Part shown: positions 53,092 through 62,795 of the stretch, piece after piece
How the letters are laid out: each line of letters opens with the position of its first letter
Numbering within the stretch: the stretch's first letter is position 1
Source: a virus
DNA: 64,000 bases
Reading direction: 5' to 3' (one strand)
IMG/VR virus record: IMGVR_UViG_3300013772_000005
Coordinates: 7,407 to 71,406 of that record
Translations under genes and position numbers: made by a program
Notes under the pieces: model-generated
Seen by the model: the letters and a program-made list of their open reading frames with translations, nothing else
Database searches by the model: none
Told to the model about the DNA's origin: nothing

Positions 53092-53486
53092 TGGACCTGC
53101 GCCACTTGCGCCATCCCCGCTGATGATCCGGTCGCCAGGATCACGTTCACCCGGTCCCATATCGAACCGCTCCTCAGGATCATCTCGGTGTTGGCTGGCA
53201 GGTAGATGTCGGCGACCGTCGCCGCCGCCGCGCCAAGGCTCATCTTGAAACAGATAGCCGTGGTCGAGATCAGCCGAACGGCGGATCTCGGTGGGATCAG
53301 CAGCGGCTGCGACGCGCTTGACGTCACCACAGACAGCGGTGCCGGTGTCTGCGTCGGTGTCGCCGGATCAGCGACAAACCAACGCGGACCGGGAACAACC
53401 TTCTTCGCCCGCGAGCCCTCAGAATGCTCCCGCAGCGGCAGCTCGGTCGCCGACGGAAAGTCGGTGTCTTTGATTTCCGTCGTCAT
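53088..53486 (-). CDS. Hypothetical virion protein
   Basis: 132-aa ORF in the head operon. Confidence 0.6.
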   Translation of the reverse strand: MTTEIKDTDFPSATELPLREHSEGSRAKKVVPGPRWFVADPATPTQTPAPLSVVTSSASQPLLIPPRSAVRLISTTAICFKMSLGAAAATVADIYLPANTEMILRSGSIWDRVNVILATGSSAGMAQVAQVQ

Positions 53487-53489
53487 GGT

Positions 53490-53777
53490 TTAACCCCTGC
53501 GTCCGCGCTTGTGCTTCGTGGGTGCCGCCCCTTCAGTGACCTCAGCTTCGCCCTCGGGCGCCTCGTCGGTCGTTTCGTCGGCCGGCACTTCCGCTGGCGC
53601 ATCGGCCGCAGGCTTCTCGGTCTTGCGCGAGAAGACCGCTTTAAAACCGATCGACTCCAGCGCCGAGATATGCGCCTGGTCTTCTGTTTCGACATGCCCG
53701 TCGGCGTCAGCTTGGAGGACCACACCGCCCGGCATTGCCAGCTTCAAGCGCTTGTATTGATGATGATGCAGCTTCAT
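53490..53777 (-). CDS. Hypothetical protein after the MCP
   Basis: 95 aa, acidic/basic tail; GAGGG SD. Confidence 0.6.
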   Translation of the reverse strand: MKLHHHQYKRLKLAMPGGVVLQADADGHVETEDQAHISALESIGFKAVFSRKTEKPAADAPAEVPADETTDEAPEGEAEVTEGAAPTKHKRGRRG

Positions 53778-53796
53778 TCAAACCCTCTTCTTAGAG

Positions 53797-53832
53797 GCAA
53801 AGGCTGGAGAGCGCTTACTCCCCAGCCCTTGC
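53797..53832 (-). terminator. Hairpin downstream of the major capsid gene
   Basis: GCAAAGGCTGG...CCAGCCCTTGC inverted repeat. Confidence 0.4.
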
Positions 53833-53857
53833 GCTCATTCATTCAGGATCGCTCGCG

Positions 53858-55321
53858 TTAGCCGAGCTGTGGTGTCGTCAGACGTCCGATGTTCTTGATG
53901 ATCACCCAACCGCGCGGGCGGAAGACGATCGGCGTGTTGTAATAGAGCTGCATCCACCGGATCGAAGAAGCGATCGTCGCCAGCGGAAACTTGAGCATGG
54001 GGCTCAGCTCGCGCAGCGACATGACCGTCTCGTCGAGCTGTCCGACGTAGGCAGTGCCCAAGCCCGGCAGGTTCTCGTTGCCGTCGAGGAAGGTGGTCGT
54101 CGTGCCGGCGGCAGCGACTTCCAGACAAAGATACGGCACGCCGGTAGGCCCGTCTTCCAGACGAGTCCGGTAGACGCGGTAGCCCTGTGTCAGGTCGTTG
54201 CCGCTGACAGCACCGCGCGTGATGACGATCTGCACTTCGGCAGAGCCAGTGGCTGCGACGACCGCCGTGGCGCTCCCAGCGGTGGCCGCGCTCTCACCGT
54301 TGCGGCTGATCGCCGTGACGGAGTAGACGTAGCTGCCGTACTCGGAGGCTTGGAAGCCGCGCGACGTGGACACCGACTGCACGGTCACGACGGCAGACGC
54401 AGGCGCGGTCGGGGCGCTGGCGTTATCGGCGGTGCTCGGCGCGGTCGTGTCGATACGCAGGAAGACGTTCGGACGAAGCTGGATCGTGCCGCCAGCCGTC
54501 TTGACCTTGCGGGAGTCGAAGCCCGTGGTCATGTCGTCGCCACCGACAGGGATGCCGTAGCGTCCCTTCGAGAAGAACTGGACGTTGTAGTCCCGGTGGT
54601 TGACGTGGTTGAGGTAGCAGTGCGTCGGATACATAAAGCTATCCAGCAACACCCGCGACGCCTCGCTGAACAGACCTTCCGTCAGCGACTTGCCGCGCAA
54701 GTCGAGGACGTGATCGGTCGCCACGTTCGGCTGAAGATCGCCGGCCGTGGTCGGGTCAGAATAGCCAGCCAGAAGCTGCTGATTCAGACCGTTGAACGCC
54801 TGGGAGATGATCCCGGCGTTGCCGTTGAAGAGGGCGCGCTCGATGTTTTGCAACATCCACATGGCGCCGTTCTTCGTTTCCAGTGCCACGACGTTGCCGT
54901 GTGCCGGGCGCACGAGCAGCATCGGGTGCGTGATTTCACGGACGGTGCCCATGAATTTCACGTACTGGACTTTGCGCTGATAGTTGCTGTCCTCAGTCCG
55001 AGGCAGGCCGCCTTCCGGAATGAAGAAGCCGCCGTTGCCACCGTACTTCGAGAGCAAGTTGTACTCTTCGACGGTGTTGTAGGCTTTGCTCTTCGGAATG
55101 TCGTTGTAGAACACGATGTTTTTCATCATGAACGACACGATCTTCAACGTGGAATCGAGCGACTCCACCCGAAGGGCGCCACCACCGGCCATCGAGGCTG
55201 CGTCAGAGACGTAGCCGGCCGTTAGCGCCTTGTTCAGCTCTTGCACGGATTGGAGGCTCGTCTGACCGAAGCCGCTACCATGCTCCTCGAATTGCTTGGG
55301 ATCGATTACGGGCGAAAGCAT
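53858..55321 (-). CDS. Major capsid protein (SPO1/Twort-like) with inserted FN3/Ig-like domain
   Basis: LNKALTAGY...GGALRVESLDSTLK...YNDIPK; YVYSVTAISRNGES. Confidence 0.9.
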   Translation of the reverse strand: MLSPVIDPKQFEEHGSGFGQTSLQSVQELNKALTAGYVSDAASMAGGGALRVESLDSTLKIVSFMMKNIVFYNDIPKSKAYNTVEEYNLLSKYGGNGGFFIPEGGLPRTEDSNYQRKVQYVKFMGTVREITHPMLLVRPAHGNVVALETKNGAMWMLQNIERALFNGNAGIISQAFNGLNQQLLAGYSDPTTAGDLQPNVATDHVLDLRGKSLTEGLFSEASRVLLDSFMYPTHCYLNHVNHRDYNVQFFSKGRYGIPVGGDDMTTGFDSRKVKTAGGTIQLRPNVFLRIDTTAPSTADNASAPTAPASAVVTVQSVSTSRGFQASEYGSYVYSVTAISRNGESAATAGSATAVVAATGSAEVQIVITRGAVSGNDLTQGYRVYRTRLEDGPTGVPYLCLEVAAAGTTTTFLDGNENLPGLGTAYVGQLDETVMSLRELSPMLKFPLATIASSIRWMQLYYNTPIVFRPRGWVIIKNIGRLTTPQLG

Positions 55322-55335
55322 GAATGCAACTCCTT

Positions 55336-56193
55336 TCAGTTGAGCGCCGCGTTGAGCTTGACAGCAAGCTCAGGCGGAACGAAGCCAGTGGATTCGAAAT
55401 TGATCACGTCGATGTCCTGCGCTTGGCCTTTCTTCACGAGGTCGCATAGCGCCTCGCTGACCATCGCCTTGGCGATGTGACCGGGCTTGCCGACAAGCGA
55501 CTTGTAGAAAGTCCCCTGCCCTTGCCCTTCCGCTGCCGGCTCGCCGCCCTCGAAGGTGCGCTCGGTGGCCTTGCCAGCCGGTGCTCCCGACTTGGCGATC
55601 GACTTGGCCGGAGCTGCCGCTTGATTCTCGATGACGCCGAAGCGCTCGCAAATCGCGGTGAGCACCACGCCGATGTTGCCCATCGACTTCTGAAGACCTT
55701 CGACCGCTTCGACCACGGAGTCGATCCGGTTCTCGGTCGCCATGTCGCTCTTCAGCAGCGCGTCGCGAAGACCGTCCACCGTGGTGGCGGTGTGGTCGAC
55801 GAGCGAGCGAAGGAATTGGCTGACGTCCACCTTCGTCTGGATCTCGGAAGGCATTCCTTGACGGAAACCTTTCGACATCGACTTGGCGGTGGCAGGCGGC
55901 GGGGGCGGCTCTTTGTCAGAAGAGTCGTTTTCCTCTTCGTCCTCGTCTTCGTCACCCTCGTCTTCCTCTTCGTTCTCCTCGTCGTCCTTCTCTTCCTCGG
56001 CCTTGGCCAGCGACTTCTTCGCCTTGCCAGTGACCTTGGACATCGACGTGCCAGGAGCCTTCAGCTTCCCATCACCGCCGCCCTCTTGCGCCGCACCCTC
56101 TGCGCTGTTGAGTCCTCCAGACTTCGCCAAGTCAGGGGAGGCCGCCTCCAGCGCTCCGAGAGCCTTCTTCACGTCTTGCTTGCTGATGGGCAT
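55336..56193 (-). CDS. Putative scaffold protein
   Basis: Acidic tract, coiled coil, repeated KS motifs; between protease and MCP; GGAGG SD. Confidence 0.7.
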   Translation of the reverse strand: MPISKQDVKKALGALEAASPDLAKSGGLNSAEGAAQEGGGDGKLKAPGTSMSKVTGKAKKSLAKAEEEKDDEENEEEDEGDEDEDEEENDSSDKEPPPPPATAKSMSKGFRQGMPSEIQTKVDVSQFLRSLVDHTATTVDGLRDALLKSDMATENRIDSVVEAVEGLQKSMGNIGVVLTAICERFGVIENQAAAPAKSIAKSGAPAGKATERTFEGGEPAAEGQGQGTFYKSLVGKPGHIAKAMVSEALCDLVKKGQAQDIDVINFESTGFVPPELAVKLNAALN

Positions 56194-56207
56194 GATTGCC
56201 TCCTCCT

Positions 56208-56456
56208 TTACAGCGTGAACCGCAGAGCACCGATGGCGGCTTTCACCGTCGCGGTATTCAGTGCGGCATACAGAGATGGTCCATCGGTCGCTGTCGTAAT
56301 CGCCGCGCCGACGGCTGTCTGCCACGCGATGATCTGATCGAGCTTCGTGATGATCGCCTTCGTGGTCTGCTCCGGTGCATCGAAGACGACCGTGCCTTGA
56401 CCGGTCACCAGACTGGAATCGATCCGGCCGATGACTAGCGCGCTATTTGCTGACAT
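56208..56456 (-). CDS. Hypothetical head protein
   Basis: 82-aa coupled ORF. Confidence 0.6.
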   Translation of the reverse strand: MSANSALVIGRIDSSLVTGQGTVVFDAPEQTTKAIITKLDQIIAWQTAVGAAITTATDGPSLYAALNTATVKAAIGALRFTL

Positions 56457-57282
56457 TGCCCACTCCCTTCCTGATCATGTAATGAACCAACTCTGCCGCC
56501 GCCTCTTCAGAGAAGTCCGGGCGAAGGTCGAGCACGTAGCCAAGCGCCTTGCGGATCTCGTCGGGATCGTGCTCGAAGCCGAGCGAGCGCATGACGATCT
56601 TCAGACCCTTGTTTTTCTTCTTCTCGTGACCGCGCTCATCGCCGTCACGGTCGAGGCTTTCGGGCGAAAGCGCGGCGCCACCAACGCGCGTACCGGGCGA
56701 GGTGCCGTAGCCGGCGCTCAGCGCCTTTGACGCGACGTCTTCGTCGCAGAAGCTCTTCGCCAGAACGTCCCACGTTGCATCGGTGTTGACCGGGCAATTG
56801 GTGATGGCGACGTGGCGGATCAACGCTTTCTCGACGATGTTGTTTTTGCGGCGAAGAACCTTGCCTTCGATCGAGAAGCCGAGCCGCTTGTTCGGCGTCG
56901 CCGCCAGCGCCTTGGCCAGCTCCCAAATGTCGTCGGCGCGTTTAGTGCCCTTGAGCACGTAGCCGGAGCACACCCAGCCCTCGGAGCGGCTGCCGTCGCG
57001 CAGCGTGATGTCGCTGGAGTAGGCAGCCGACTCGGGATAGCCGACGATCGCGGAAGTGGCGCCGTCGTGATTGTCGTTGAAGTGGCCGTTGTCGAGGAAA
57101 TCGGTGATATCCAAGCCCTTGGCCAGCACGCGCTCGCCCTGACGGTCGAGACGACTCGTGGACATCACGCCTTTGATCTGATGGCTATTGTGCGCATCAG
57201 CGTCGGCGCCCGACTTTTCGATGAAGAAGACCTCGGGCAAAAATACCCGGAAATCATCTTTGGCGATGAAGTGGTTGGTCAC
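56443..57282 (-). CDS. Prohead maturation protease
   Basis: STSRLDRQGE, FNDNH, LGFSIEG, VAITNCPVN. Confidence 0.9.
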   Translation of the reverse strand: MTNHFIAKDDFRVFLPEVFFIEKSGADADAHNSHQIKGVMSTSRLDRQGERVLAKGLDITDFLDNGHFNDNHDGATSAIVGYPESAAYSSDITLRDGSRSEGWVCSGYVLKGTKRADDIWELAKALAATPNKRLGFSIEGKVLRRKNNIVEKALIRHVAITNCPVNTDATWDVLAKSFCDEDVASKALSAGYGTSPGTRVGGAALSPESLDRDGDERGHEKKKNKGLKIVMRSLGFEHDPDEIRKALGYVLDLRPDFSEEAAAELVHYMIRKGVGNVSK

Positions 57283-57302
57283 GAAGTGGCCCTAAATACA
57301 AA

Positions 57303-57400
57303 ATGGAGCAGTGCGGCCTGATTCAAGGCGACAACTACTCCATCAAAATGAGTCTTGTGTTGTTGTGAGATCAGGATGACAGAAAGTTGCCGAGAAAGTC
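57303..57400 (-). promoter_or_regulatory. Possible sigma70-type promoter and leader hairpin upstream of protease-scaffold-MCP
   Basis: TTGACT-N18-CATCCT; stem ATGGAGTAGT...ACTGCTCCAT. Confidence 0.35.
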
Positions 57401-57623
57401 AATTCTCTTTCTTGACTTCATAGGCGAAGCGGGTGTGGATCGACTTCAGCAGCTCAAAATCGATCGGCACGTCGCGCTTGCAGCCCTTGCAGACAGCGAA
57501 GCACCCGGCCGACTCCCACTTGAGGAGCGTCGCCCGGAGCTTCACTTGACCCGCGTAGCTCTTGACAATCTGATCGCCGCAGTATGGGCAGTCGAAGTCA
57601 AGCTCGGCTTTGAGCACGGCCAT
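57399..57623 (-). CDS. Zinc-ribbon protein
   Basis: MAVLKAELDFDCPYCG...CKGC. Confidence 0.7.
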   Translation of the reverse strand: MAVLKAELDFDCPYCGDQIVKSYAGQVKLRATLLKWESAGCFAVCKGCKRDVPIDFELLKSIHTRFAYEVKKEN

Positions 57624-60129
57624 CGAGAATTCCTTGGATGCGGTTGATCTTCGCTGCCTTCGCCAAGTCGATCTCGTAGCCCTCGTCACGCTTGACGCTT
57701 TTGGCCAGCCGCTCACCAGGGACGAAGGCTGCATCGTGGTCGACGACGAGCATGATCGACTTCTTCACCGGCTTCTTGTCGCCACCCTTCATCTCGCGCT
57801 TCACGACCGCCATCAAGCCGACCGGATCGATGATCTTCGTCGTCATGATCTTCTGGAGCGCCTGGTCGGACAGCTCTTCGTCCGCCTTAAAGAGATCCGC
57901 GTGCGTCAGCTTGACACCACCTTCTTCGAGCTTGCCGACTTTCGATTCAGGGATGTCAACGAGCTGGTCGGCACCGCCACGCATCTGCACGTACTTGCGC
58001 AGCGAGTTGAGCAGCATCTCTTCCGGCTTGCGCGCCCCCGACGCCGTCTCTTCACGAGTCGGCGACTGCGACGGCATGCGCACCTTCTGATTGTCGTGCG
58101 TCGGCAGACCGTGAGCGCGAAGGTCCTGCTCGTTGAGGTTGGCCGCCGCATAGGCTGACGGCCTCCCGGTGCTGTCGGTCTTGCCGGCCATCGAGCGCGC
58201 AACGTAGCTCCAGACCGGCGCCAGGTGCAGCGGCAGCCAGCCCGGCGGCATCTGCGGCTTGCCGTCCACCTTCGGCATCGAGTCGTGAAACTCTTTCGGC
58301 ATGGCGCGCTTCTGGCCGCCGCGTCCGGTGCCGCCGGCCCAGTCGGGGCGCGCACCGCCGCCGTCTCTGGCGTGCTCGTCCCAGCCCTTCAGGTCGTTAT
58401 AGGTCGGGTAGGGCGGCGGCGCATCCGGGTGACGCGACTTGAATTCGGCGCCGAGGAATGGCTTCAGCCGGGCAAACTGCTTTGCCGCGAAGCCGCGCTT
58501 CATCCGCTCGGTCTCGGCGTTGAGCGGCTTGTTTTCCATCACCTCTTCCGGCGTGTGGAAGGTCGCCGCCTCGAAGTGCGACAGGTCCGCCTTCGTCAGG
58601 TTGGAGCCGGTGGCCTCTTTGTAATGCTGTTTGAGGTTCGCCTCATTGAGCGGCTGGCCACCGGTCTTCAGCGCGTGCATTGACGCCAGGATGTTTTTCA
58701 CCGTTCCCCGGCGCGGCTCTTTGACGTCGCTCTGAATGCGGTGGAAGATCTCACTGGCGCGCTCCAGGTAGGGATTACCGCCAGACTGCTGCGTCTGCTG
58801 CTGATGCTCCAGGTGGCGCTCAGAGGCGCCAAAGTCCGGGTCATGCGCCGACAGCTCGGCGGCTTGCGGTGAACCGGGCGCCGCGTCCGGGTGATGCGTC
58901 GGCTCGCTGCTACCGGCAGTGCCAGGCAGCGTCATCGACGTGAGTTGATCGTTGTCCTCCTGAGCCGCCTGCGCATGCCGCTGTTCGTGAATCTTCGAGG
59001 CGTGGACCGCACCCTCTCTGGTGTCATGCTGCGAGCGGTGGATCTCCTGGCCGCCATGTTGAATCACCAGAGAAGACCGGCCGCCTGCGTCACTGCGGAC
59101 CTTGTGGTAAGTGTCGCCCACGTCGCGGCTGATGACACCCGATCCAGCGCCGCCGGCAACAGCCCAGCCCTCAGGCGCCGGCTGATCTCTTCCGCCCGTC
59201 GTAGATGCAGACGCTGACGCAGGTTTGGGCGCTGCCGGCTGACTGCCGCCAAGATTAACGCCGTGAGTTTCCCTGAGCTTCCGCCGTAATTCATCGGCGC
59301 GCGAATTCGCTGGCGCTAAAGTCCCGGCAGATTGTGCCGAAGACGATGATGGAGCCGCCCCACCGGCTGCCGCCCCGCCACCGCCGGCACCACTACCGCT
59401 TGCCGGCGCTCCCCCTGAAGACGATGAAGCACCAGGAACCGGCGCACCAGTCAGCGTCCGACGGCCAGTGCGTTGCTCCTCCTGATGCGCGGCGGAAGAA
59501 CTAGGCGCCGCAGGCGCCGCGCCGGGGGTAGGCGATTGTTGCCTAGCACGAGACGCCTGGCTATGAGCCGCCTGCGCTTCACGCTCAGAACGCGCCGATT
59601 CGATGTGATTGGCGACACGCTCGATAGCCTCCGGCGACGGCTGCGGACGCGCCGCTACCGCCGGTGCAGAATGCGCCCCGCCAGCCGGTCCTTGAGCGGC
59701 GGCAGCGGCCGGTGGCGTCGCTCGCGCAGGCGCCGCAGGAGCAGCCGACTCAGCAGCCTCCCCACCTTCCCCACCGCTATGCTGCGCCAGATGCTCGCCA
59801 TAAGCCGGATGGCTGGGCGAGAGACTGGCTTCCTTGAGGTGATGCTCTTCAAAGTCGTGTGCCCTCCCACGTAGTCGCTGGTCCCGCGTGAGGTTGGAGT
59901 CCATCGACCGGACCTTCGCCGAGTCGTGACCCGTCTCACGCGCAATCTCATCGTGGGACATACTATGTACGCCGTCGCGGCGGCCGGCGAGCAAACGCTT
60001 GGCGTGCTCGACGCGGCCCTGCTTTTGTTGCGCGTCGTTGCCGGCGACTACACGGCCATCAGGGAGTTTGTAGAAATACTGGTAATTACCCGGCGTGCCA
60101 GTCCGCTTCACATATTTATGGCTACGCAT
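57598..60129 (-). CDS. Large low-complexity protein, probable internal head / ejection protein
   Basis: N-terminal HKYVKRTG...YQYFY, HTH-like SHDEIARETG, long Ala/Pro/Ser/Gly tracts. Confidence 0.65.
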   Translation of the reverse strand: MRSHKYVKRTGTPGNYQYFYKLPDGRVVAGNDAQQKQGRVEHAKRLLAGRRDGVHSMSHDEIARETGHDSAKVRSMDSNLTRDQRLRGRAHDFEEHHLKEASLSPSHPAYGEHLAQHSGGEGGEAAESAAPAAPARATPPAAAAAQGPAGGAHSAPAVAARPQPSPEAIERVANHIESARSEREAQAAHSQASRARQQSPTPGAAPAAPSSSAAHQEEQRTGRRTLTGAPVPGASSSSGGAPASGSGAGGGGAAAGGAAPSSSSAQSAGTLAPANSRADELRRKLRETHGVNLGGSQPAAPKPASASASTTGGRDQPAPEGWAVAGGAGSGVISRDVGDTYHKVRSDAGGRSSLVIQHGGQEIHRSQHDTREGAVHASKIHEQRHAQAAQEDNDQLTSMTLPGTAGSSEPTHHPDAAPGSPQAAELSAHDPDFGASERHLEHQQQTQQSGGNPYLERASEIFHRIQSDVKEPRRGTVKNILASMHALKTGGQPLNEANLKQHYKEATGSNLTKADLSHFEAATFHTPEEVMENKPLNAETERMKRGFAAKQFARLKPFLGAEFKSRHPDAPPPYPTYNDLKGWDEHARDGGGARPDWAGGTGRGGQKRAMPKEFHDSMPKVDGKPQMPPGWLPLHLAPVWSYVARSMAGKTDSTGRPSAYAAANLNEQDLRAHGLPTHDNQKVRMPSQSPTREETASGARKPEEMLLNSLRKYVQMRGGADQLVDIPESKVGKLEEGGVKLTHADLFKADEELSDQALQKIMTTKIIDPVGLMAVVKREMKGGDKKPVKKSIMLVVDHDAAFVPGERLAKSVKRDEGYEIDLAKAAKINRIQGILDGRAQSRA

Positions 60130-60142
60130 AAATTCATCTCCC

Positions 60143-61165
60143 TCAATGGTCGCACATACAATCGTCAGTGACGTGGGTCACCCGAAAAGACTTCTCGACT
60201 TCCGGCTCAGCGGTTTGCCCAGTGTAACTGAGCACCGCGTCCTGGCCCACCTTCGCTTTCTCGTCTCTACCCATCTTCCCATACTCACCGTCTTCGACAA
60301 TCTCGCCACGCTGGTAGGTCTTACCGTCGTAATCGAAACGCTCCAGGGCAACGTGTCGGAGGACGAAGTTGTAGTTCTTCGGGATAGGGAGAAGCTGGCA
60401 GTGACACCAAGGATGCGTCGAGCCAACGACCGGCTGCCAGTCGGCCGCCTTCAGCCCGACGTTCGAGTCGGCCAGCTCCGAGAGACGGAAGACGCGCGGC
60501 GTGACGCCGTCGGCCTTCAGGTAGAGCCGCTTGCAGTGCTGGCAGGCGTCGGGAGCTGGGCGCTTGAAGACGAGCTGCTCGCGACCTTCGGGCGAGGCTT
60601 CGACAATGGCGTCGTGGATGCCGTGCTGGATCGCCGTATTCACCTCGGTATGGGCGATGCGCTGCCAGTCCCGCGTCCGGTTGTCGATCGCATGGAAGAG
60701 CCTGGTCTTCAACTCCGACACCGTTTCGCGGTGAGCTATGGCTTCCGAGACGTTCGCCCGGACAGCCCGGAGCGCCGCGCCCGAGGCGCGAGAGCCAGCC
60801 GCCGAGGCATCCCGGACCATCATGTCGCCAATACCCTTGATATAGGAGCCAGCATGCTCAGTCGCATACTGGACCGCTTTGATCTCGACTTCGGTCGTCG
60901 GCACGTTCTGAGCGGCCCACTTCTGGACTTGCGCCAGCGTCACCGATCGCCGAGCGCTCATCGGCACAAGAGCGATCAGCCGTCCGAGGGCCACCGGATC
61001 GGCGATCAAGCTGCGCGTGCCACGGTCAATCAGACCCAGCCGGTACAGCGTCCGCATCTCTTCAGCGGTGAGCGCGCGCTCGCCAAGCGCTTCATAGGTG
61101 AAGCCGAGGACGCGCCGCTTGATCACCTCAAGGATCGCGTTAAGTTGGGTCTTTGTCAGCGCCAC
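60143..61165 (-). CDS. MuF/SPP1 gp7-like head morphogenesis protein
   Basis: RDWQRIAHTE, DACQHC, THPWCHC. Confidence 0.85.
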   Translation of the reverse strand: MALTKTQLNAILEVIKRRVLGFTYEALGERALTAEEMRTLYRLGLIDRGTRSLIADPVALGRLIALVPMSARRSVTLAQVQKWAAQNVPTTEVEIKAVQYATEHAGSYIKGIGDMMVRDASAAGSRASGAALRAVRANVSEAIAHRETVSELKTRLFHAIDNRTRDWQRIAHTEVNTAIQHGIHDAIVEASPEGREQLVFKRPAPDACQHCKRLYLKADGVTPRVFRLSELADSNVGLKAADWQPVVGSTHPWCHCQLLPIPKNYNFVLRHVALERFDYDGKTYQRGEIVEDGEYGKMGRDEKAKVGQDAVLSYTGQTAEPEVEKSFRVTHVTDDCMCDH

Positions 61166-61358
61166 TCGGGTCTTTCTTGATGCGGTCCATCAGTGCTGCC
61201 AACTCGGGATTGTGCTTCTTGTTGTGCTTCTCCTGAGCGTCCAGATACTCGGCCTCGAAATCCGGGTGCGCGTCCCAGGCGTCCGCCATGCAAAGACCGC
61301 CGTCTGGCTTCAGGTTCTTCCGGTTGGGGCCTTCGCTCTTCTTCTTTGCCTTCTTCAC
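61140..61358 (-). CDS. Hypothetical protein
   Basis: 72-aa coupled ORF. Confidence 0.5.
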   Translation of the reverse strand: MKKAKKKSEGPNRKNLKPDGGLCMADAWDAHPDFEAEYLDAQEKHNKKHNPELAALMDRIKKDPSGADKDPT

Positions 61359-62795
61359 GTGGTCGGGCTCCCTCTCAGCAATTCACGCAGGCGCCGTTTG
61401 GCGGCCGGCGAGATCGGCGCCCGCGCCATGAATGACTTGATCTCGACCGGCGACCATGAGGCTACCGTGCGCATCCGCCGTGGCGACATGGTGATGTTGC
61501 GGCCCTCGCGCTGCCAGTAACGCACGTAGCGGTCGGTGTGCTGCTCGTGCGGCTCGGCACCAGCCGGAGCTGACTGAAAGGACGCCCGCGCCACCGCCGG
61601 CCGAGGAGCTTCCTGCGTGCTACCGCGCCCGCGCCGTCCGGCCTTGACGTCGGCCAAGACTTGCTTGAACTGCGGGTTGAGGTGCTCGGTCGCCCGGTCA
61701 CGGATCTCATAATACTTGTCGGCAAACTTCGAGGCGTCGGTTTCCTTGGCGCTGTCCCAGGTGCCATACCAGTCGGTGCCGAGCATGAATTTCTTGCCGA
61801 GGTGAACGACCATGCGCTCAGTCTTGCCGCTGCGGATCTCTTCCGGCGTCAACGGGTGCTCACCAGCATTGCCCGACAGCGTGCCGGCATCCTTCTGCTT
61901 TTGGCTGAGCGGCAAAGAGCCACCGCGCGTGCGCGGGTTGTCGGTGAGCTTCATGACGTAGCGCTTGCCGTCGTCAAAGCTGGCGAAGTGGACCGGCTCT
62001 TTAAAGTGGCGCAAATCTTCGTCAGTGAGCTGAATGCCGTGCTGATCGGCAAACATCTTGAGGCGCTGGCGGAAGCCGGATGCATCGCTGGATCTGTCCC
62101 AGGAGAAGCCCTGATTGCACCAGTTGTAACCGCCGATGTCGATGTTGGCGTGGACGTGGGTTGTGCCGCCGCCGGGGATCGAGCGCATCATCTTGCGCTG
62201 GCCGTGGTTGATCAGGTTTCCGACTTGGACACCAGTGCGCGCCGCCTGATTCACCGACATGAAGCTATTCTCGATGGCCGGCCGGCCGTCATCGCCCTTG
62301 CTCCACCGGCGACTCCAGCCCTCCATGATCGGCTGGCCCTGAGCGTTGTAGATCTGCATCTCAAGGCTGATCGATCGGCCACTGGCACTGACGCGGGTGA
62401 TCTTCGTCTTCAGCCCATGCTCGGAGAAGTCATAGGGCCAGTGCTCTTTCTTCAAACCCTCGTTGCCGAAGATGCTCTTCAGCGCCGTGTGCAGGTTCCG
62501 TGTATCTTCGGGGCTCATACGCCGTGCATGCGTGTCCATCATCGACGCCATATGCATGGCGAGCGAGCCGCCAAGCTCGCGCTCAGTTGCCGCCTGCTCT
62601 TCCGCCTCACGCGCTGCCTGCTGACGCTGCCGCTCAGCAGCCGCTGCCCGCTCGGTGGCACGACGAGCCTCTTCCTGCTGCCGCCGCTCTTCGCCGCGCT
62701 TGGCCGACTGACGCATCTCTTCAGCGTTGATTTCCAGATTACCGTTGCGGTTGTCGGCTGTGCGCCGGTGCTCGCGGGCTTCGGCCGGCAGGAAG
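61355..62795 (-). CDS. C-terminal part of a polyvalent head protein with GNAT-like domain (probably a frameshifted continuation of the upstream ORF)
   Basis: IENSFMSVNQAARTG...HVHANIDIGGYNWCNQGF; no convincing own start. Confidence 0.6.
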